A stretch of DNA of 64,000 bases, from assembly GCA_965248925.1 (NCBI GenBank), contig CBDFLE010000006.1:2464001-2528000 (forward strand). The letters run 5' to 3'. Below are positions 57,416 to 64,000 of this stretch, in pieces. Position numbers and translations under genes: made by a program. Position 1 is the first letter of the stretch. Each line of letters starts with the position of its first letter. This stretch comes from Candidatus Multivoradales bacterium. GTDB lineage: Bacteria > Acidobacteriota > Thermoanaerobaculia > Multivoradales > J023. The notes under the pieces are model-generated. The model was not told the origin of the DNA. It did no database searches and was given only the letters and a program-made list of their open reading frames with translations.

Positions 57416-58636
57416 CTACCGTGTGACCTCACGAACCTGCCGGACCCAAGTATGCTCGATCTCGAACAATCCGGCGCGCAATTTCCGGCTTTCGACCCTG
57501 AACGCTCCGGTGAGCTGCTGCGTGTCGTAGATGTGCAGACCAGCCTCGTCGAGTAGGAACACCACCAAGGTGAACTCGCCGTGGTTGATCTTCAGCTGCG
57601 GCAACTGCAGCAGATGCCGATACTCACGGCTTCCGCTGAGCGGCTCGAGCCCATCCCAATGGGTCGAGAAGCCACAAACTTGAACGCCGTCGAGTCGCTC
57701 GACGGAAACTCCGACATGGAAGGCCAGCTCAGGATTCTCGGTATGCCAGCGAATAGCCAATCGCCAGGGTTCGCCGCTCTGGTAAACAGCCCCCAGGCGC
57801 TCCCTCCCAGGTTGGCTGACTTCTACCAACTTGGCCGGCGCCACCGCGCCTTCGCTGAGTTCCGGAGTGCTGGCGCCCACAACTTCCCCGGCATTGCGCC
57901 GTTCGCCGCCACGGCCGATCAGGTAGCTGTCGTATTCGCGGATGATCAGCTCAGCCGACCCATATCCCGCCGGCTCGCCACCGCGCAACCACAGCGCATG
58001 CTGGCAAAAGGCGGCGATGTGGTACATCGAGTGGGAGCAGAAGACTAACGTTCGCCCGCCATCGAGAAAGGCCCGGATACGGTCGACACACTTCTTCTGA
58101 AAATAGCCATCGCCTACCGACAGCGCCTCGTCAATGATCAGGATTTCAGGGTCGACTTGGATCGCGATCGAGAAGCCCAACCGCATAACCATGCCGGTGG
58201 AGTAGGTCTTGACCGGCCGGTCGATAAACTCACCGAGTTCACTGAAGGCAATAATCTCGGGCTCAGCTGCCGCGACTTGGTCTTCAGATAAACCCAGCAC
58301 CGCCGCGTTGAGGCGGATGTTCTGCCGGCCACTGAACTCCGGATGAAAACCCATCCCGAGTTCGAGTAACGAAGCCACTTTGCCGGCGACCGTCAGCGTA
58401 CCGGTGGTTGGCGGTGTAACCCCCGCCAGTATCCGCAGGAGGGTGCTCTTGCCGGCGCCGTTCTCACCGATCAGCCCCAGGCTCTGACCCCGCAAGACCT
58501 CGAAGTCGATACCCTGCAAGGCTTCGAACACTTGGTGCCGAGCACGGCCGCCGAGCATTTCGCGCAGCCGATCCCAGGGGCTGTCGTAGAGCCGATAGGT
58601 CTTGCCGAGGTTCTCGGCGGCGATCAGAACGGTCAT
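57416..58636 (-). CDS. wzt: Polysaccharide ABC exporter ATPase with C-terminal Wzt domain
   Basis: GENGAGKSTLL, YSTGMVMRLGF, IDEALSVGD..FQKKC, C-terminal beta-domain. Confidence 0.9.
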   Translation of the reverse strand: MTVLIAAENLGKTYRLYDSPWDRLREMLGGRARHQVFEALQGIDFEVLRGQSLGLIGENGAGKSTLLRILAGVTPPTTGTLTVAGKVASLLELGMGFHPEFSGRQNIRLNAAVLGLSEDQVAAAEPEIIAFSELGEFIDRPVKTYSTGMVMRLGFSIAIQVDPEILIIDEALSVGDGYFQKKCVDRIRAFLDGGRTLVFCSHSMYHIAAFCQHALWLRGGEPAGYGSAELIIREYDSYLIGRGGERRNAGEVVGASTPELSEGAVAPAKLVEVSQPGRERLGAVYQSGEPWRLAIRWHTENPELAFHVGVSVERLDGVQVCGFSTHWDGLEPLSGSREYRHLLQLPQLKINHGEFTLVVFLLDEAGLHIYDTQQLTGAFRVESRKLRAGLFEIEHTWVRQVREVTR

Positions 58637-58705
58637 CAGGCAACCGCCCGAGCGGCCAATCGTCGCGCGATTCCGACGACTGGCTCGCGGGGCGGCAGAG
58701 TGGGC

Positions 58706-61498
58706 TTAGTTGATGATGAACAACGAGTCCTGCAGCGAGAACGGCGGGGACATCTGCGCCCCGTCGACCGCCCGAACATTCGGATCGGCCACTCCCGTGC
58801 TGGTGAAGGTGTGGGTGACCGGTACGGTCACCAGGAACGTCGAGTCGAAGTTACCGTTGGGCTCCCAGTCAAACTCGAGGGTGTCAGGTGTACCAGTGAA
58901 GGTAACATCGAAGGTAATCGACGAACCGACGGTGCAGAAACAACCGAATTGATCACAGGGCGAGCAAGTCGGCGAAGCCGCCACGTTGACCATGAAGCCG
59001 GTGATCACCGGTGGATCCGGCGCCGTGATGTTATCCACCGCCACCGTGACCGCCGCGGTCAGCGGAGTGGTCTGACCCTCGACACAGTTGCGAATCGCCA
59101 GCGTCACCCCATAGTTGCCCGCTACATTCGGCGAGGTCCAGGTGAACGAAGTGTCAGCGTCGTCTACTCCCCAATCATAGATCTGACAGGTGGTGTAGAA
59201 CATGCACCCCGAGGTGCTGCCATTGGCCGGGTCTTCGAATTCCCAGCGCCATTCGGTGGCACTCTCGGTGTTGGCCGCGAAGTTGTACTGAGCGTTACCC
59301 TGATCGGTGAAAGTCAGCGCCGGCACGCCAAAGCCAAGGGCGCCGAGGGCGGTCAGCGTCAGCTCCAGAGTGTCGATATCGGACTCAGCATTTGGGTTGG
59401 TCGCTTGCAGCGAAACGGTGAACACTTCACTCGCAGGCACCCCGCGAGTCAGCAGTCCAGAACTCCAAGCGTTGGTGTTTCCAGATTCGAAACCATCGCT
59501 AAAGATCTGTTCCGGCAGGTCGACATCGATACCCGTGGTGTCCCAAACGATCGGAAAACTGGTACCGCTGGCCACCGTGGTCTTGGTCGAATCCTCGATG
59601 TTCCAGCTATAGGAGAAGGGAGTCTTGCCGTCGACTACCGCGTCGACCGTGATCTCGGTACATACCGGGTAAGTCCCCGGTGGGGATCCCACCGGCGATA
59701 CCGAGAAGGAGCGGATATGAGGCCGCCGGTCCTGGACCAGGATATTGGCTCGATCCTGGATCAACGCCCCATTGCCGGTGCATACGCTGTCGTCGTTCAG
59801 CGCCCAGACTTCGATGGTTTTGTCCGGGCAATCCGCGGCTGCGCACTCGGCCCAAGTGATGGCGTTGGTGGCGGCACCCGGTCCGAGGCCGCCGGTCACC
59901 ACAGTATCGCTGGCGCTCCACTGCCAACCGGCTTGGGCAGTTGAGCAATTGGTGGCGGTGGCGGTGAAAGTGATCGGCTCTTTGAACCACTGCGGGCTCG
60001 GAGTCACCACGTTGGTGGTGTACTTCGGCGCACTGACATTGCCCGCCAGCTGGTGGATATCGAAGATGCCCCGCGCCGCGCGGTAGAAGTAGTTGCCGCT
60101 GAAACGTCCCTGGTTGGGCACGGCGTTGCGCAAGCCGAAATCGTTGAGTTGGTAGTAATCGCCCCAATAGTCCACTTGCAGGCTGTTGCAAGTATCCGTG
60201 TAGTGGGCACCCCCATCGGTTACTTCGGAGATCACATTAGTGCCGCCGAGGTTCGACAGGTCCCAAAGGAATTCCTTTTGGGTGCCGGAGAACAAATCCG
60301 AGAATAGGCTGTAGTAGAGATATGGGGTGGTGCCGGCCATCGAGAAGGTCAGCAACTGGGCCTCCCCCGGCTGGCTGCTCACCGGCAGACTAACCGTAGG
60401 CGCGCCAAGAGAGGTGCAACCATTGGCATCGAGGCAGCTATCGACATCGTAGATCTCGACAATGTAGTTCTCTACCAGCGCCAGGTAGGTGCTGCCGTTC
60501 CAGTCGAAGAACTCAAGGCCGCGGATGTCGCGAATATCCGGGTTCAAGCCACCGCCGGAGTAACGCAGGTCGGCGAATTGAGGAAAGGCCGGATCGGCTA
60601 CTTCAAAGATGTCGAGTTTGAGCGGCCGCGAGGACACCCGGCTACCGTCTGAAACCGCCACCCACAGCTTGCCGCCTTTTTCCGTCACTGCCACGTAGCG
60701 GGTAACCCGCTCCAAATCGCCCAATAAGCCGCGATAGACGTTGCTGCACTGCCGGCCGGCCAGTGCCGCATTGTCGAAGCAAGGTGCCAGCGTTCGCGCT
60801 CGGGTCAGGTCGTAGACCGCCAGGCCTCCGTCGCTGGTATCACTGGCGGCAAAAGCCCAAACCGTGCCGTTGAGTTCGGCCATCCTGATCATCCGCGTCT
60901 TGATGCTGTCATCCTGGTAGGCCTGAGTAAGGCTGTCGACACCAGGGCGGTTGATCCACAGAGCAACGCCCGCTGGCAAATCGCCGGCGGTCGCGATCAT
61001 GTCGTCCTGGACCGCATTAGGATCCTCCATCGCATCCACCGAGTAGGTCCAGGTATCGACTTCGCCGAAATGGCCCCACGCGTGCCAGTGGCCAGCGAGG
61101 GCGTCAGCAACATCCTCGCGCACGGGCATTTCTTCTTTGCCAGGGCCGATATCCCAGACCTGCAAGCCGGCGCCGTAGAGCATGTAGAGCCGGTCGTCAA
61201 CGATGTCCAAAGACTGGAACAGTTCGTGGCCAAAGGCGAAGGTAGGGAAGGTACCGAACGAGGTGTAGCTGGTGCTGTCTCGATCGGCAGGCAGTTGCTG
61301 GCTCGGCTTCACCGGCGAGAAGTTGTTCGGCCAAACCCGTACTCCCTCGCGAAATTCCTCCACCGGTAAAGCTGGTGAGCCGGCGCCACAGAGCCCTCCT
61401 GCCTCGGCCGCCGGAGAGGAAACTAGAATTCCCAGCGCCGTGCCAGCCAGGAACAGATACCTCGACACTAGGAAACTGATTCCTCGAACACCGCGCAT
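58706..61498 (-). CDS. Large secreted protein: propeller-like N-half, PKD/Ig-like repeats
   Basis: GGAGAGG RBS and signal peptide at 61498; WRWEFED, FDWEPNG PKD-like motifs; internal IFSDGFESG. Confidence 0.7.
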   Translation of the reverse strand: MRGVRGISFLVSRYLFLAGTALGILVSSPAAEAGGLCGAGSPALPVEEFREGVRVWPNNFSPVKPSQQLPADRDSTSYTSFGTFPTFAFGHELFQSLDIVDDRLYMLYGAGLQVWDIGPGKEEMPVREDVADALAGHWHAWGHFGEVDTWTYSVDAMEDPNAVQDDMIATAGDLPAGVALWINRPGVDSLTQAYQDDSIKTRMIRMAELNGTVWAFAASDTSDGGLAVYDLTRARTLAPCFDNAALAGRQCSNVYRGLLGDLERVTRYVAVTEKGGKLWVAVSDGSRVSSRPLKLDIFEVADPAFPQFADLRYSGGGLNPDIRDIRGLEFFDWNGSTYLALVENYIVEIYDVDSCLDANGCTSLGAPTVSLPVSSQPGEAQLLTFSMAGTTPYLYYSLFSDLFSGTQKEFLWDLSNLGGTNVISEVTDGGAHYTDTCNSLQVDYWGDYYQLNDFGLRNAVPNQGRFSGNYFYRAARGIFDIHQLAGNVSAPKYTTNVVTPSPQWFKEPITFTATATNCSTAQAGWQWSASDTVVTGGLGPGAATNAITWAECAAADCPDKTIEVWALNDDSVCTGNGALIQDRANILVQDRRPHIRSFSVSPVGSPPGTYPVCTEITVDAVVDGKTPFSYSWNIEDSTKTTVASGTSFPIVWDTTGIDVDLPEQIFSDGFESGNTNAWSSGLLTRGVPASEVFTVSLQATNPNAESDIDTLELTLTALGALGFGVPALTFTDQGNAQYNFAANTESATEWRWEFEDPANGSTSGCMFYTTCQIYDWGVDDADTSFTWTSPNVAGNYGVTLAIRNCVEGQTTPLTAAVTVAVDNITAPDPPVITGFMVNVAASPTCSPCDQFGCFCTVGSSITFDVTFTGTPDTLEFDWEPNGNFDSTFLVTVPVTHTFTSTGVADPNVRAVDGAQMSPPFSLQDSLFIIN

Positions 61499-61722
61499 TG
61501 CTTCCTCTCCTTCGACCCCGAGTCCAGCAGCGCTCTGAGTTGCACACTCAGCGGACTCATACTCTGGTGAGTGGACTCGTTCGCCACCCGGATGTGATGG
61601 TTGTGCAGTGGCCCTGGTCCCTTCCGGAGCACGGCCTATCTGAACCGAGCTATGGTGACACAGCATGAGAAAAAGATCAAGCTCAGAGCCTGTCCACTCC
61701 GTGCTGGTTGCCTGCAAATAGC

Positions 61723-61756
61723 AAAAGGGCCCGACTGCGAACAGTCGAGCCCTTTT
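61723..61756 (-). terminator. Intrinsic terminator after the surface-protein gene
   Basis: Minus strand GGGCTCGACTG-TTCG-CAGTCGGGCCC-TTTT. Confidence 0.85.
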
Positions 61757-61793
61757 CCATGTCAGACCAGCTTACGCCGACCTGGCAGATTCC

Positions 61794-63140
61794 CTAGTTT
61801 GCGCTGGGAATCACGCCAGTATCGGTGATCAACGGGTTGACATCGTCGCAGGCCGAGGTCAGCGGCAACGCCGAGTAGCCGACCTGGAACAGGCCAAGGG
61901 CACTGATCGTGGTCGTCACATGGCTCTGAGCCAACGAACCGTCGGAACCGAAGTCGACGTCGAAGGCGACGCCAATGTCGTCGATGTTCAAGTTCAAGAA
62001 CATCCAACCCGACTCATACGGAAGGGCCAGGTTGCCGTCGCCTACCGTCGCCCGCTGGGTCTCCAGCGGGAAGCACGGCGGATCCACGTCCGGGTCCGGA
62101 GGCGAAATCACGCCGCCACCCAGGTTGAAGCAGATCTCCACTGCGTTCTCCTGCTCGTCGAACGCCACAACCTCGGTCTCGTTCAGCGGGTTCCACGACG
62201 GGCCAGCACCAGGGCCAGAGCCACAGGCGTAGAACTGCTGGGTGTCAGAGGTCGTCGAGTCACGCCACACCAAGAGGTCGGTACCACCGGTGAAACCAGC
62301 GTTCTCGATGTAACGAGTCGCCCAGGTGGTGGCCAACGGCTCGCGGTTATCCGAGCCGGTCAGGCCTGGATCGTAGCGACCGTAGAAGGTGTAACCGGTA
62401 GGCGTCGAGGCGGCGTTGAACTGCGGATCGGCCTCAATCGCCACCAACGGCTCACCGAAGGAGAAGGCGTTGACCTGGTCGACAATGTAGTAATCGCCCC
62501 ACAGCTCGTTGATGTCGTTGGCAATGCCGACGCCGCCGTCTACGAAGTAGCCGGTCTCGTTCGGGAACACCGTCGAACACTGGTTGACGTTGTCGATCGT
62601 GATGTAACCACGAGCGATGGCGTCACTGTGATCCTCGCCCATGCAGCCCAGACCCAGCACGTCCTGGCCGGTGTGGCCATTCTGCAAACGGGTCAGGTTG
62701 GCCGAGGAAACCACCGGGTTGTTGAACGGGAATACGCCCAAGCAACCAGGGAAGCTACCGTCCCACTGCGGGTTCAAGCCGTGCGGGCTGATCAAGTCGG
62801 CGCCGTCGTTCTGGGCATCGGCCGTGACCGGCAGGTTGCCCTGGAAGACGTCGAACAAGTTAACCGGCACGATGTCGTAGCCAGTGAGGAAAACGTCGAA
62901 GTCGATCGTCGGCTGGGTCCAATCGGTCCACAGCGTGACGTGAGCCAGCGCCGGAGCGGCTGACGCGTTGTTGATCGTGAACAGCGTGGTGGTACCCGCC
63001 GCGTTTGTGTAGTCCACCTCGAAATAGGGCAACAGCAAGGTCGCCGCCGGCACGTTGTCGATCGTGCACAGATCAGCGAAGGCCTGGCCGCCTAAAGCGA
63101 GGAGACTAGCCACTAGAAGGACTAGAACTATCTTTTTCAT
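61794..63140 (-). CDS. Secreted acidic protein, paralog 1 (major S-layer/surface protein candidate)
   Basis: Sec signal MKKIVLVLL..AFA; mature part has no Lys and is D/E/N/T/G-rich; own terminator; structured leader. Confidence 0.8.
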   Translation of the reverse strand: MKKIVLVLLVASLLALGGQAFADLCTIDNVPAATLLLPYFEVDYTNAAGTTTLFTINNASAAPALAHVTLWTDWTQPTIDFDVFLTGYDIVPVNLFDVFQGNLPVTADAQNDGADLISPHGLNPQWDGSFPGCLGVFPFNNPVVSSANLTRLQNGHTGQDVLGLGCMGEDHSDAIARGYITIDNVNQCSTVFPNETGYFVDGGVGIANDINELWGDYYIVDQVNAFSFGEPLVAIEADPQFNAASTPTGYTFYGRYDPGLTGSDNREPLATTWATRYIENAGFTGGTDLLVWRDSTTSDTQQFYACGSGPGAGPSWNPLNETEVVAFDEQENAVEICFNLGGGVISPPDPDVDPPCFPLETQRATVGDGNLALPYESGWMFLNLNIDDIGVAFDVDFGSDGSLAQSHVTTTISALGLFQVGYSALPLTSACDDVNPLITDTGVIPSAN

Positions 63141-63649
63141 ACCTGATCAATCTCCCCAGGTTGAAAACTATCTCCGAAGGTTTGGGTGGAGCGTCGAGCC
63201 ACGGGCTCGGGCTCCTCTCGGTAGAGCCTATCGGGCTCACCGCCTAGAACTAGGGTGCGGGCACTCACCTCCTGTTTAAAGACTTCAAACTCTAAATTAG
63301 CTCGATTGGAGCTGTAAAAGCTCTGCGAAACAGGGCCGAAGACTGACGGGTAGGCCATGTTCTTGCTGCCTCGGCCAACCAGAATCAGCCCAAACACCCT
63401 CCCAGGGTCCGCAAACGGACGGGCTGGGCGACTATCTGAGCAAGAGGTTGGAGCCGCGAGGTTCTTCCGAACGTAAGTTACGGCCAGCACAGGGTGGATG
63501 TCAACCCCAAAAACCAAGGGTTTGGGCCTGGCAGGAGGTTTGCTCCGCAAAACCGGGGGAGGAAACTGGGGAGGAGGGCTCTCGGCCGGAGGGAGCCCCG
63601 CAGGCCCTCCAGTCCGCCGGCCGGGAGCTGCCGGCCGGGAGCTAGCGGG

Positions 63650-64000
63650 TCAAGGTGCGTCGGCAGCGACGCTGCGCCACACCCGCAACGATCCCTGCTG
63701 CGGACAACCCGGCTGGTACAAGGCTCCCATTCCAGGCAGACCAGTTGGCTCGCCGGCGAATCCAGCTATCAGCTCGTCGGTACCGTCGCCGTCTAGATCG
63801 GTCAGCCGGGCCAGCCAGCCGGTACAGCCAATGGCCGGCTGGGGGAATTCTGGCGAGACTTCGAGTTGAAAGCCGCCACCCCCGTCGCCGAGGAAGATCA
63901 TCACTTCACCTTCGCCGTTGAGGGCCACCAGATCCTGCTTGGCGTCACCGTCAAAATCGCCGGTGGCAAACGAGGAGAATTCGTTACGGCCCAGGTGCGA
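63650..64000 (-). CDS. FG-GAP/VCBS repeat protein, 3' end (partial)
   Basis: ATGDFDGDAKQDLV and LTDLDGDGTDELI repeats. Confidence 0.8.
   Translation of the reverse strand, partial: SHLGRNEFSSFATGDFDGDAKQDLVALNGEGEVMIFLGDGGGGFQLEVSPEFPQPAIGCTGWLARLTDLDGDGTDELIAGFAGEPTGLPGMGALYQPGCPQQGSLRVWRSVAADAP

Overview
GC-rich bacterial chromosomal window. Gene content and style suggest Acidobacteriota/Thermoanaerobaculia, which is an inference. 1-38 kb: housekeeping and envelope genes, including an ABC transporter, a translationally coupled SDR / prenol-kinase-DUF92 fusion / UbiA operon that looks like an isoprenoid-alcohol salvage pathway, a toxin-antitoxin and OLD-nuclease patch, rhamnose/GDP-sugar genes, lptD, thiolase, ruvX-mltG, a pseudokinase-TonB fusion, maeB, an ECF sigma/anti-sigma pair and glycosyltransferases. 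50.4-64 kb: the surface-glycan locus continues with GTs, methyltransferase, GNAT, 2OG oxygenase and wzt, plus two paralogous acidic secreted proteins that are S-layer candidates. The main finding is at 38089-50367: two related ~5-kb IS1-family cargo transposons, one nested inside the other's radC gene. Each has 24-bp GGT(A/G)GTG terminal inverted repeats, an exact 8-bp target duplication and the same backbone: IR-orf96-radC(JAB)-[cargo slot 1]-tnp<-/->rhh-[cargo slot 2]-IR. The cargo differs (Panacea TA pair, P63C, candidate ncRNAs, a small membrane peptide), and each RHH gene is paired with its own operator repeats. An intact IS21 with a 6-bp TSD has also inserted into the outer element's already deleted transposase. 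All calls are by eye from motifs; no database searches were run.
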